A stretch of DNA of 64,000 bases from a virus. Its lineage: Duplodnaviria > Caudoviricetes. The position numbers were made by a program, and so were the translations under genes. Positions 19,226-28,914 of this stretch are shown here, piece by piece. The notes under the pieces are model-generated. The model did no database searches. It saw only the letters and a list, made by a program, of their open reading frames with translations, and was not told where the DNA came from. The stretch covers positions 32,001 to 96,000 of the IMG/VR virus record IMGVR_UViG_3300047159_000056. One strand, given 5' to 3'. Numbering within the stretch: the first letter of the stretch is position 1; every line of letters starts with the position of its first letter.

Positions 19226-19304
19226 CCTTATATATGTTAAATATGTTAATGTTTTTTTTTGAAAACGGGAGGAGAGCAGGTCGTGAGATTAGCTCTTCTT
19301 TTTT
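19226..19304 (+). ncRNA. orphan copy of the small-RNA unit
   Basis: ccttatatatg + short AT-rich body + gagagcaggtcgtgagattagctctt hairpin and T-run; same loop motif as the array. Confidence 0.6.
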
Positions 19305-19362
19305 GCTCCTTGTTTCTCTCTTAATCCTTATAATTGAATAAAAAAAACAAAAAAATTTAATT

Positions 19363-20055
19363 ATGACAGAATTAGAAAAATTTAAAGAGCGTTATGGTTT
19401 TAACACAGGTTCAGTAAAATGGTTACCTCAGGGTGGTGAATTATTGAAGTATATTGGTCAGGAGGTTATCTTGATTGAATATACAAAGAATGAGGACAGT
19501 AGTTGGTCTAGTTCTTACAGTCCAGTTCAGGTAAATTCTATTGATTCTTATGATCCAAAGACTAATACATATAAGATAGTTTATTCTTATAAGGACAAAC
19601 CTGAAGTAGATGAAGAGGAGAGAATTATTCCAGAGGGTTATAGATTTTTTCCTGGTGAGATGGTAGAGAATACGAATTATACTAATCAATTTATTCCAGA
19701 ATCTACTCACTTAAGATGTATTGAAGAAAGTGGGTTTTATTCTAGCCTAAGTTCTATGTGGTCGAGTAAGCCATCGGAGAACTTAGATAATATTAATAGT
19801 ATGATAAAGTCGAGTGATACGCAGAAGGGTGAGACTTTGATTAGAAGAATTCACTTAGCTGCAGTAATAAAGACATCTTCCAATGATATCTTATACTTTA
19901 GAATTATTAAGTTTAGGTATCGTACTAGGAAGGGAGGATTAGTTGAATTAGAGCTAAGGGATTCAGAGAATAACTTAGTAACTGCTACGGGTCAGAAGAA
20001 CAGTGTATCTTATAGATTATCTGGCATTGGAGAACTAAAAATTATATTATTATGA
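19363..20055 (+). CDS. hypothetical protein
   Basis: 230-aa ORF after a ccttataattg promoter. Confidence 0.8.
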   Translation: MTELEKFKERYGFNTGSVKWLPQGGELLKYIGQEVILIEYTKNEDSSWSSSYSPVQVNSIDSYDPKTNTYKIVYSYKDKPEVDEEERIIPEGYRFFPGEMVENTNYTNQFIPESTHLRCIEESGFYSSLSSMWSSKPSENLDNINSMIKSSDTQKGETLIRRIHLAAVIKTSSNDILYFRIIKFRYRTRKGGLVELELRDSENNLVTATGQKNSVSYRLSGIGELKIILL

Positions 20056-20202
20056 GAAAATTCACATCTAGTGACATTAAAGAAGACGACCAAGTATTAG
20101 AGGTTTTAAGAAAGAGTTTAAGAAGCATATAGCAAGAATAGGAGGACTTAGTCATTGGGATAAGATAGCACCTCCTGATATGTCTGTACTGCTATTAAAG
20201 AA

Positions 20203-20721
20203 ATGATAGTAGCTATAGATTCATACTATTACAGTGACACCGATTGTTATACAGTTGGTGTCCTGTTTTCCAAGTGGGAGCAATCTAAGCCAAGTAGGAT
20301 TATATCTTGTCATACTTCTGAATTTGCTCCATATTGTCCTGGTAAGTTTTATACAAGGGAGTTACCTGGTATACTTAACCTAATGAAGAGGAAAGAGGTA
20401 GAGGGAATTGATACTATTGTCTTAGATTCTTTCTTAAGTCTGAAGGATAATGATGGTAGTATTAAGGAGGGTCTTGGTTGTCATTTAAGGGAGTATTTTC
20501 CTAGTATATCTTTAATTGGTGTAGCTAAGTCTGAGTATTGTTTATCCAGGGACATTAGTATTCCTGTTATTAGAGGTTTAGCTAGAAATCCTTTATGGGT
20601 TCAGGGTATGGGAGAGTACAATAATAGTTTAGCGGCTAGTTGTATTAAGAGTATGTTTGGGGATTATAGAATACCGGATCTCTTAAAAATTCTAGATAAG
20701 GAGACTAAGAAATATAGATAG
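20203..20721 (+). CDS. nfi: endonuclease V family protein
   Basis: AIDSYY, PYCPGKFYTRELP, VLDS, GLGCHL, IGVAKS, YRIPDLL. Confidence 0.85.
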   Translation: MIVAIDSYYYSDTDCYTVGVLFSKWEQSKPSRIISCHTSEFAPYCPGKFYTRELPGILNLMKRKEVEGIDTIVLDSFLSLKDNDGSIKEGLGCHLREYFPSISLIGVAKSEYCLSRDISIPVIRGLARNPLWVQGMGEYNNSLAASCIKSMFGDYRIPDLLKILDKETKKYR

Positions 20722-20795
20722 TAAGAGGGGAGAAGACATTTTATAGTTTTCTCCTTTCTTTTCCTTATTTATGTAATGAAAAATAAATTTAAGAA

Positions 20796-21845
20796 ATGGA
20801 TAAATTATTAGAGTTAAGTGACATTACATTGTGTCCTTCCCCAACAAATGAGGGAAGATTTGGAAGTGCAGCAAATAATTATACTGTACTAGATATGACA
20901 GATAATAGTGGAATTGTTGGTACTCTTCCCATATTTACCAGTCCTATAGAATCAGTTGTTGGAATAAATAGCTGTGAATTATGGATTAAGAATGGGATTA
21001 GACCGATTATACCAAGGACCGAATCAGTTGAAAATAGATTGAAGTGGTGTGTTTGGATATTTTCTGCTTTTAGTTTGTCAGAATTAAAGAGGTTATTTTT
21101 GGATCAGGATAGGAGAAATCTAGGTCCAAAGATTCATATAATGGTTGACGGATCTAATGGTCATAGTATAGAGATAATTGGTATGTGTAAATGTTTAAGA
21201 GACAAATATGGGGATCAATTAATTATTATGGCAGGGAATGTAGAAAATCCTGATGCTTATGGTGTATATAGTGAAGCTGGTATTGATTATATGAGAGTAG
21301 GAAGAACTACGGGTGCTGTCCTAGATAGATCAAAGTATGGATTTCATTATCCCCTAGCTTCATTACTTCTTAAGTTACAGGAGTTTAGAAATCCCGACTT
21401 GCATGGTAAATTCTCAAAATGTAGGCCAGTAAAGATTATAGCTGATGGAGGTATAGGTAGTATGTCTGATGTTATGAAAGCTATGGCCTTAGGAGCAGAT
21501 TATGTTATGATAGGAAGGGAATTTGCTAGAATAATAGAGGCAGAGGGTTTAATATATGCCAGGTCAAAGAATCCGACTAGTGGAGAATTTGAATTAAATG
21601 AAGTAGATAAGCAGGATAGATATTATGAGTCTTCTGGTTATGAGGCCGCATGTAATGGTTTTTGCAGGTCTTATAGAGGAGGAAGAAAAGATAAAACTGC
21701 TGCTTCCTGGAATTGGGTAGACATTAATATATCCATGAAAGAGTGGGTAGATGAATTTAAGAACTGTGTTAATTATGGTTTTATGATGTCTAATACAAAG
21801 AACTGGGAGGATTTTAAGAAGAATACAATTTATGTTAGATCCTAA
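20796..21845 (+). CDS. IMPDH/GMP reductase-family TIM barrel, divergent
   Basis: LPIFTSP, VDGSNGH, IMAGNV, GIDYMRVG, IIADGGI..KAMALGADYVMIG; catalytic Cys loop altered. Confidence 0.8.
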   Translation: MDKLLELSDITLCPSPTNEGRFGSAANNYTVLDMTDNSGIVGTLPIFTSPIESVVGINSCELWIKNGIRPIIPRTESVENRLKWCVWIFSAFSLSELKRLFLDQDRRNLGPKIHIMVDGSNGHSIEIIGMCKCLRDKYGDQLIIMAGNVENPDAYGVYSEAGIDYMRVGRTTGAVLDRSKYGFHYPLASLLLKLQEFRNPDLHGKFSKCRPVKIIADGGIGSMSDVMKAMALGADYVMIGREFARIIEAEGLIYARSKNPTSGEFELNEVDKQDRYYESSGYEAACNGFCRSYRGGRKDKTAASWNWVDINISMKEWVDEFKNCVNYGFMMSNTKNWEDFKKNTIYVRS

Positions 21846-22300
21846 GAAAACCGGTAATGATATAATTTATAGTCTCGGGGGAGGATATTTAAGTCTCCCC
21901 CGAAATTTTTTATGATGCTAAGATAATAGAAACCCCATCCAATATATCTGCTGTCTATAGGTTCTCAACTATATATAGGATTGAAGTAACCGGGACAGAT
22001 AAGATAATTATATTTATTGGTAAGCGTAATTATAGTGAACAGGATATTTTAAAAATTGTAAGGTCTTATATTAATCAAGACTTAAGAATTATAGTTCGTT
22101 TAACTGGTAGATATAAGAAGATGGTGCCTAAGAATTTTGGTAAGTCTTATTTAATTAAGAGAGAAGAATATGAAACCTATAAAGAGGGATATAATGAAGG
22201 ATTTCTCACCAACAGTTTTATTAAGTGTTGGCCTATTGTAGAAAAAGAAGAATACTTAGTTGTGTTTGGACTTGGTGATTCTATTTTTGATTTTATATGA
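21832..22300 (+). CDS. hypothetical protein, frameshifted at C-run ~21897; paralog of next gene
   Basis: MLDPKKTG..YLSLP/EIFYDAKII..SYINQDL..CWPIVEKEEYLVVF. Confidence 0.6.
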
Positions 22301-22753
22301 AGAAGAACGTTATTTGTGAATCTGATGGCAGTTACTTAGATCTTTCTAGAATTTTTTATAGTGCTGAGATAACAAGTTCGCTTTAAAGATTTTGATTCAG
22401 TTCATTTATTTCCAACTATATTTAGATTTGAAATATCGGAAACAGATAAAATTGTTATTTTTATTAGTAAGAATAACTATAAAGAAGAAGATATTTTAAA
22501 GAAGATAATGTCTTATGTTAATCAAGACCTATCTATTTTGAATATCCTAGTTTATAATAGATATAAGAAAATGGTTCATAAGGATATTTGTAATTCTTAT
22601 CGTGTCAAAGAAAAAGAATATTATTTTTATGAAGAAAAGCATAACACTGCATTTATCGATAATAATCTTATTTATTGTTGGACTATTGTAGAAAAAGAGG
22701 AATACTTAGTTATGTTTAGATCAGGTGATACATATTTTTGGGAGTTATTATGA
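22297..22753 (+). CDS. hypothetical protein, frameshifted near 22380; paralog of previous gene
   Basis: MKKNVICE..YLDLSRIFYSAEI/..SYVNQDL..CWTIVEKEEYLVMF. Confidence 0.6.
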
Positions 22754-23316
22754 AGAAGATAATTTTTTACGAGATATTTTATTTTTCTAGTAATTATTAT
22801 GCTAGAAGTGTTCATTTTCTTTATGCTCAATTTAGATTAGACAGAAGATTATGGGTAGCTATAAGTTTCTCTTCTGATTTTAAAGATAAACCTAAGATGT
22901 TTAGTAAGAATATCATCCATAATTCTTTAACATATAGGAAGGATAAAATTTCCAAAAATAGAATGTGGCCTTTATATTATTACATATGTGAATATAAATA
23001 TGAGCTCTTAATTTCCCCGGCGATTAGGTCAGTAATAGAACATCCCGACTCATATCGTACTAGGTGGACTAATAAGATATGGATTAGTAAGACATATACT
23101 GTACCAATTAAGACTGTAGAAAAATATCTCTTAAGAGAAATAAGATCTTTACATCTTATTGAGTTTGCTACATCTAATACTACCGATAGAGCATATGATT
23201 TTTTAAAACATATCTTAGAAGATAAATATAAGAGTAGATATCAGGGAGTCTATATTTTATCAAAGACTGAGAAGAAAGTAACACAAGGGAGGAGAAGAAT
23301 ATATAAACCCCCTTAA
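22750..23316 (+). CDS. hypothetical protein
   Basis: MKKIIFYEIFY..., ATG overlapping the previous stop. Confidence 0.65.
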   Translation: MKKIIFYEIFYFSSNYYARSVHFLYAQFRLDRRLWVAISFSSDFKDKPKMFSKNIIHNSLTYRKDKISKNRMWPLYYYICEYKYELLISPAIRSVIEHPDSYRTRWTNKIWISKTYTVPIKTVEKYLLREIRSLHLIEFATSNTTDRAYDFLKHILEDKYKSRYQGVYILSKTEKKVTQGRRRIYKPP

Positions 23317-23363
23317 GCTTAGAATTAATTAAAGTTCTAAGCTTTCTTTTCCTTATTCTTGAT

Positions 23364-23792
23364 ATGAAAAAATTATATAAGTTATTTTTGAAAATGAAAA
23401 TAAAAAAGAAAGAAGAACCGCCAAAGGAAGTTTCAGGGAGTATCCTAGTAAAGTATCCTTGTAGTATGATTGGCAGAAAGGTATCATTCTATATAGATGG
23501 GAATAAAGCTCCTACTGGAATTATTATATCTGATCACTTAACGGAAGATTATAAGGGAAGGTGTTTTGATATAGAGTCACTAGGAAAGATATATAAGTCT
23601 ATTTCTGAGGAAAATATAGTCCTAGCTAGTAAAGAAGATTTTGATATCTTAACTAGTGGGAATAATAATTACTTAGACTTATTAGATAATGTAAGAGGCT
23701 ATTGCAATAATCAATGTTTGATGGATTGTAGTAAGTCTTGTAACCTATATAAATTTAAAAAGCACAATGATTTACAAGTGGAACGAAACTAA
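23364..23792 (+). CDS. hypothetical protein with C-terminal Cys cluster
   Basis: YCNNQCLMDCSKSC; promoter motif upstream. Confidence 0.7.
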   Translation: MKKLYKLFLKMKIKKKEEPPKEVSGSILVKYPCSMIGRKVSFYIDGNKAPTGIIISDHLTEDYKGRCFDIESLGKIYKSISEENIVLASKEDFDILTSGNNNYLDLLDNVRGYCNNQCLMDCSKSCNLYKFKKHNDLQVERN

Positions 23793-24528
23793 TCTTGAGA
23801 ATTTTTTAGAAGTCTTGAGAGGTTACTTAAGGGGAGATAGTTTTTCTAAGAATAAAATCTTGGAAGTACAGGATCTAAAGTATATCAGGGCTAGGCATGA
23901 TTTGTCTATGATGCCTGAGTTAATTAGTAAGGAACATTCATTTCCACTTGATTATTGTAGATTTTTTATAAGTAGTGGTATAGATCTTGACCCTTATATA
24001 GATCCGAATGATTCTTTTAAGAAAACAGCGGATTATATAGCAAATTTTTTTATGGAACAGGTAGGAGATAAAGTGGATTCGACTGATAAAGCTTGTGTTT
24101 GTAGATTTTCGGTAGATAATAGATTTCTTAGTATTAAACCTCTATATTATGATGCAATAGTCAGAATGGATGAAAGTTTAATAGATGTATATGTAGATAT
24201 TATTAGTTCATTAGATTTTGGAGAGAAGCCAACAACTGATACGATAAAAAGTATTGTCAAAATTATTGGTAAGTTACCTAAGAATATAAATACTTATTGG
24301 TTTACAAAAGATAAAGATGGTAATCGAATTATTCCTGAGTTATCTGTTCGTACGGAAGAAGATATCAAGAATAAAATGGTTAGATACAGAACTATAGATT
24401 TTGAACCAACCTGGAGAAGAATAGTAGAGGATAGGATTAATGAAGTACCTGATGCTATGGAAGAATTAGCGAAAGATGATCTAAAACCAGAACAAATAAA
24501 AATAGTTTATGAAGGAGGATTAATATGA
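23767..24528 (+). CDS. hypothetical protein
   Basis: 253-aa ORF in operon. Confidence 0.75.
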   Translation: MIYKWNETNLENFLEVLRGYLRGDSFSKNKILEVQDLKYIRARHDLSMMPELISKEHSFPLDYCRFFISSGIDLDPYIDPNDSFKKTADYIANFFMEQVGDKVDSTDKACVCRFSVDNRFLSIKPLYYDAIVRMDESLIDVYVDIISSLDFGEKPTTDTIKSIVKIIGKLPKNINTYWFTKDKDGNRIIPELSVRTEEDIKNKMVRYRTIDFEPTWRRIVEDRINEVPDAMEELAKDDLKPEQIKIVYEGGLI

Positions 24529-25622
24529 AAAATACTGATCTAGTTAATACAAAAAATAGTTGGACTAAAGATGAGATAGATTCTTTTGAAGAAATAACAA
24601 AGGACTTATGTGTAGAGGATCCGAATTCTATATTAAATTATGGATCAGATCTTAGAAATGCTGCAGAACAAGCGGCAGATTCACTCTTAAAGACAACTAA
24701 TTCTGGGGATTCTGGAGATATTGGTGTAAGTCTTAATAATCTTCTCTCTAGACTAGGTTCTATTAAATTTGATGATCCAGGTCAGACAAGTAAGTGGAAG
24801 AGAAGTTTATGTAAGAGGGTCCCATTTCTAAAGTCCATTATAGTCAATTATAAGAAGCTAGTTTCCCAGTATGAATCTGTAGGAACTATCTTTGACAATA
24901 TAAAGGAGGATGTAAGATCTATTAAGCTAGAGACTATGGAAGCTAATAACTCTTTGAAGGTTATGTATGATTCTAGTGAGGCTTATAAGAATGAGATAGA
25001 TAAATTAGTAGAGGCTGGAGAATATAAGCTATCTAAGTTTAGGGAAGAATTAAAAAATTATAGTCCTGAGTCTAGAGAGTATCAGAGTATCTTAATGTTT
25101 TGTAATTCTCTTGAGAGGGATCTGCAAACAAAGAAGTCTCAGTCTTTCTCTCTAACAAATACTATGAAGCTTATTATAATTATGTCTGGGGATAATCAGA
25201 TGGTATGTCAGAAAGCAGATAGAATAATGTCTGTTACTATACCTGATATGAAGAACCAGGCTAATGTTGCTATTCGGGCTATTAAGTTAACCTATTGTAG
25301 TGATGTAATAGAGGGGATTGATGGAACAGCTGAAAAGTTATTAAAAGAAACTACTCAGAATGTTCATGATGTATCTGTTAAATTAGCTAAACAAAATATG
25401 AGTGAAGATATTAATACTTCTACTCTCTTGGAAGCTATGAAGACAACCTCATCAACTGTAGAAGAGATGTTGAAGATATTTAGAGAAGATAATAAAAAGT
25501 CTGCTGAGAATCTTAAGCTCTTAGAAGTTGAACAGCGAAGAATGAATAACAATATAATTAGCACAAAAGAACAGGCTAAATTGTTAGAAGATAGAAAACC
25601 AAAACATGGATTCATCGATTAG
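24525..25622 (+). CDS. telA: toxic anion resistance protein (TelA/KlaA family)
   Basis: ILNYGSD..ADSLL..SGDIGVSLNNLL..YESVGTIFDNI; long coiled coil; ~365 aa. Confidence 0.75.
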   Translation: MKNTDLVNTKNSWTKDEIDSFEEITKDLCVEDPNSILNYGSDLRNAAEQAADSLLKTTNSGDSGDIGVSLNNLLSRLGSIKFDDPGQTSKWKRSLCKRVPFLKSIIVNYKKLVSQYESVGTIFDNIKEDVRSIKLETMEANNSLKVMYDSSEAYKNEIDKLVEAGEYKLSKFREELKNYSPESREYQSILMFCNSLERDLQTKKSQSFSLTNTMKLIIIMSGDNQMVCQKADRIMSVTIPDMKNQANVAIRAIKLTYCSDVIEGIDGTAEKLLKETTQNVHDVSVKLAKQNMSEDINTSTLLEAMKTTSSTVEEMLKIFREDNKKSAENLKLLEVEQRRMNNNIISTKEQAKLLEDRKPKHGFID

Positions 25623-26559
25623 TTACAGTCTTAATAGATTTGGGAACCTAATAACTGTATATGATATTGGGGGAGAGAGTTATAAGCTAGAATTATACTC
25701 TCCCCATTTCCCCACTAAGTCATCAGATATTATACCAGTTTATGAGTCAAAGGCAGATTTCTTTGTCCCAGGTAGAATATATAGTGTTGGTCTTAGTAGA
25801 TATGAGTTTACCAAGAGAATATATATAAAAGAAAATTATAGTTCCTTAGTATTTTTAGATATAGATCAAATAGATACAGACAAAAAGATTTACCTTGGGG
25901 AAGAAGATTGTAAGAAATATGGTATACCCAGTAATGGAAAGTACTTAGTATTATCACAAAACTTAGGTTGGGTAGATTCGGGTCTTAGTTTTGATCCTAC
26001 TACAGCAAACCTAGTAGATTATCCTGGGTCTAGTAGTGAAATAAAAGAAATGACACTCTTATTACAGGGCTTTACTAGATATGAAAAGGATCCTAGTATA
26101 ATTAGAACTCCAAGTGGTTCATTAATACCACAAGAGATTTTAATGTTTACTATGTCCCTGAGTCTAGGACATTCTATTCCGAGTATCTTAGGTTATCATG
26201 GTTTTAAGAAGGAAGAAAGATTAACTTATTCTTTCTGTAATTCTGATAACGAATCTATAGTAGAACTAGGTGGAGGAATAAAGATCCTAGTTAGTTTTAA
26301 AGATAAAGAAGAACAAGGAATTTCTAGAATATCGCTGAATGGATTAACAGCTAGTGAATTATTTGAGATTACCTGGGATGATTACTTGGGAAAAGCAGAT
26401 ATAGTTCATACAATATCTAGGACAAAGCCTCTTAGAATATTAGGGGCTTTTATAAATAAAGAGGGTCGTTATTGGGTTAATCCTGAGATATCTAGAACAA
26501 TCTTAGACTCACCAAATACTCTAGAACTGTGTGATTCTACTAAGTGGGTAGGAATATGA
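25606..26559 (+). CDS. hypothetical protein
   Basis: 317-aa ORF in operon. Confidence 0.75.
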   Translation: MDSSISYSLNRFGNLITVYDIGGESYKLELYSPHFPTKSSDIIPVYESKADFFVPGRIYSVGLSRYEFTKRIYIKENYSSLVFLDIDQIDTDKKIYLGEEDCKKYGIPSNGKYLVLSQNLGWVDSGLSFDPTTANLVDYPGSSSEIKEMTLLLQGFTRYEKDPSIIRTPSGSLIPQEILMFTMSLSLGHSIPSILGYHGFKKEERLTYSFCNSDNESIVELGGGIKILVSFKDKEEQGISRISLNGLTASELFEITWDDYLGKADIVHTISRTKPLRILGAFINKEGRYWVNPEISRTILDSPNTLELCDSTKWVGI

Positions 26560-26602
26560 TAAAACCCTTATATATAGAAGAGAAAATAAAAAAGATTCTT
26601 AT

Positions 26603-26959
26603 ATGAAAGTAGGATATAAAGAGTATGAAAAGGTCCTTATGGAATTGGGAAATTACATGGACCAAGTCATCATGAGTGGTGGTGACAGTAGAAGATACTC
26701 CGTGAAATTGGCGTTGAGTCATGTATTAGGCGGAGTAAAAAAAGTAGGTTCTCCCAAAGATGCTTACGGTGCTTCAATGATAAGTTACCTAGTTAAGAAT
26801 TGGGAGACAGATTGGAAGAAATGCGCTACTCTTGTAATAGTGTGGCGTGTTACAAATTTTAAAAAGGAGGATCTCTTAATTGAGGTATCTCCTACAGTTA
26901 AAATATTCTTTAGCAAAAATATGAGAGCTAGAGATATTTTAAAGCTACTAGGGTTATAG
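26603..26959 (+). CDS. hypothetical protein
   Basis: Own ccttatatatag promoter motif (~26566). Confidence 0.7.
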   Translation: MKVGYKEYEKVLMELGNYMDQVIMSGGDSRRYSVKLALSHVLGGVKKVGSPKDAYGASMISYLVKNWETDWKKCATLVIVWRVTNFKKEDLLIEVSPTVKIFFSKNMRARDILKLLGL

Positions 26960-26984
26960 TTAAAAAGCTATATCCTAGTTTTTT

Positions 26985-27026
26985 CTGCCATTTTGTCAGT
27001 ACCCCAGTTATGGTATATTAATTGCT
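26985..27026 (+). promoter_or_regulatory. sigma54-like promoter (GG-N10-GC) with upstream imperfect palindrome, upstream of hsp20
   Basis: ctgccattttgtcag at 26985-26999 and tggtatattaattgct at 27011-27026. Confidence 0.45.
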
Positions 27027-27086
27027 TATATCCTAGTAGAAAGAAGTAATGGACTGCTTCTAGAACTAATAAAATATATAAACACT

Positions 27087-27356
27087 ATGATACAGGAGAA
27101 TGATAAAGATTATAAGATTACGTTTGATGCACTTGGACTTGGAAAAGAAGACATTAACGTTGAGGTAGATGGAGATAAGATTATTGTTACATCTGAGAAG
27201 AAGGATTATTTTAATAGTCTAAATTACAGGAGAGTTGTTTGGTTGAGTGATGATACTGATAAAGAGAATATTAGTGCAACATGTGATAAAGGGCTTCTAA
27301 CAATTACAGTTCCAAAGAAAAAAGATAAACAGAGGAGAAGGATTGAAGTTGAGTAG
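27087..27356 (+). CDS. small heat shock protein (Hsp20/alpha-crystallin)
   Basis: GLGKEDINVEVDGDKIIV..ISATCDKGLLTITVPK. Confidence 0.9.
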   Translation: MIQENDKDYKITFDALGLGKEDINVEVDGDKIIVTSEKKDYFNSLNYRRVVWLSDDTDKENISATCDKGLLTITVPKKKDKQRRRIEVE

Positions 27357-27406
27357 AAAAAAAATAAAGGGAGAGATCTAAAGCGGTCTCTCCTTTTTTT
27401 ATGTCC

Positions 27407-27985
27407 TTATATTCTAAAGTATTTTAAGAAAAATGTTGTGTCTATTATAGTTATCTCATTTTTCTTAGCTGCATTAATTTTTGCTTCCCCAGGTGAATCT
27501 CCCATTAGTAGAAGGTTAGTATCTTTTCTTATATTCACAGTGTATCTTATTCCATGACTTTCGAATATCTTAATGTATTTTTCTCTAGTTGTACTTAGAG
27601 TTCCAGTTATGCAAATTACAGCTTCTCCTGGTTCTTTTGGGTCAGGTAAATATTCCATCATAAGTGTTTCTGACTTATCAAATTCTCTATAATAGCCACT
27701 AGAGATTATATCACCTCTATCTGTTTTAAATATCCAACTTCTTATATAATATTCTTCTTCAAATCCACAGTCTAATAATTCAAGATATGTTATAGTAATA
27801 ATAAATTTATTTCCATTACCTAATTCTACTATGGTATTATCCGGTGAATCTGGATCATCACTAAGTATTACAGTTGGACTAGTTCTAATTACATTAACTG
27901 GCAGTTCTTTATCCAGTTTACATACAACTTGATGAAACTTTAAGAATGTCTCATCTTTATTTTTTGCATTATTAATCAGATTCAT
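27407..27985 (-). CDS. BRCT-domain protein
   Basis: C-terminal ICITGTLSTTR..IRKDTNLLLMGDSPGEAKINAAKKNEITIID, like NAD-ligase BRCT. Confidence 0.8.
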   Translation of the reverse strand: MNLINNAKNKDETFLKFHQVVCKLDKELPVNVIRTSPTVILSDDPDSPDNTIVELGNGNKFIITITYLELLDCGFEEEYYIRSWIFKTDRGDIISSGYYREFDKSETLMMEYLPDPKEPGEAVICITGTLSTTREKYIKIFESHGIRYTVNIRKDTNLLLMGDSPGEAKINAAKKNEITIIDTTFFLKYFRI

Positions 27986-28250
27986 AATTTTCTATTAACC
28001 ATTTTTCAAGTCCGTCCACATCTAGTCCTGCCTCTAGTTCATAGTAACAGTCCTTATCGTGTCTATCTGTGTAACCTATTATGTTTATCTTTCCGTTATA
28101 GTTTATAATAACCTCTAAATTTCGTCCGCCTACTACTATGCAAAAGTAAGTTAGGCCAATTTCATTTAGACCATAATTATCAACTAGGATTTTTTCAGTT
28201 AGTCCTATATCTTTCTCCATATAATCAAATAGTTCTTTCCGTGTCATCAT
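27972..28250 (-). CDS. hypothetical protein
   Basis: Overlapping minus-strand operon. Confidence 0.65.
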   Translation of the reverse strand: MMTRKELFDYMEKDIGLTEKILVDNYGLNEIGLTYFCIVVGGRNLEVIINYNGKINIIGYTDRHDKDCYYELEAGLDVDGLEKWLIENYESD

Positions 28251-28615
28251 ACTTCTAGAGAAAATATAGCATCTTCTATGGTTGTATAGTTCCCAATTAC
28301 TTTACTAGTATTTATAAGTGTTTCTAATTTTGTAAGATCTGGAATATAGCCATCAAACATAACTAATTTTATTTCTCCCTTTACTAGACAATATACACTC
28401 TTGTAACAGCTTTTTTCAGTTACTAAGATTATTGGACTATCTGTTTTCCCATCATTTAATTCTAGGACTACAGGGAATAATAGTTTTGGAATAGTTAATG
28501 TTTTATCCACTATAAAATCTCCATAACTATCTTCTACTACTCTTCCACCTCTTTTAGATAAGAAGGCAAAAGATTGTTTTAGATAATAACCTTCTAAACG
28601 ATCAATTGTATTCAT
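28247..28615 (-). CDS. hypothetical protein
   Basis: ATGA-coupled operon. Confidence 0.7.
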   Translation of the reverse strand: MNTIDRLEGYYLKQSFAFLSKRGGRVVEDSYGDFIVDKTLTIPKLLFPVVLELNDGKTDSPIILVTEKSCYKSVYCLVKGEIKLVMFDGYIPDLTKLETLINTSKVIGNYTTIEDAIFSLEV

Positions 28616-28914
28616 TCTGGTTTATATATTAGACTAAATTGTTTTGGTGTTAGACTAAATATTTTTCCTCCACCAATACATATAATTGAATCTCTACTAG
28701 AAGCTTTTACCAATGATCCTACTCCTCCTGAATCTTTTATATCATATCCTCCATTGCTAAATTCAGACATCTCAAGATATTTATTTCCTTCTCCGTCTAT
28801 AAATTTAACTTTAGCTAGATCAGATAACCATTCAGGAACCACATTGCCTCTTATCCAGATATTTACTTGTTCTGGAAATAGGTCGTTTTTTCCTCTCTGT
28901 TTATAGTTTTCCAT
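28612..28914 (-). CDS. hypothetical protein
   Basis: ATGA-coupled operon. Confidence 0.7.
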   Translation of the reverse strand: MENYKQRGKNDLFPEQVNIWIRGNVVPEWLSDLAKVKFIDGEGNKYLEMSEFSNGGYDIKDSGGVGSLVKASSRDSIICIGGGKIFSLTPKQFSLIYKPE

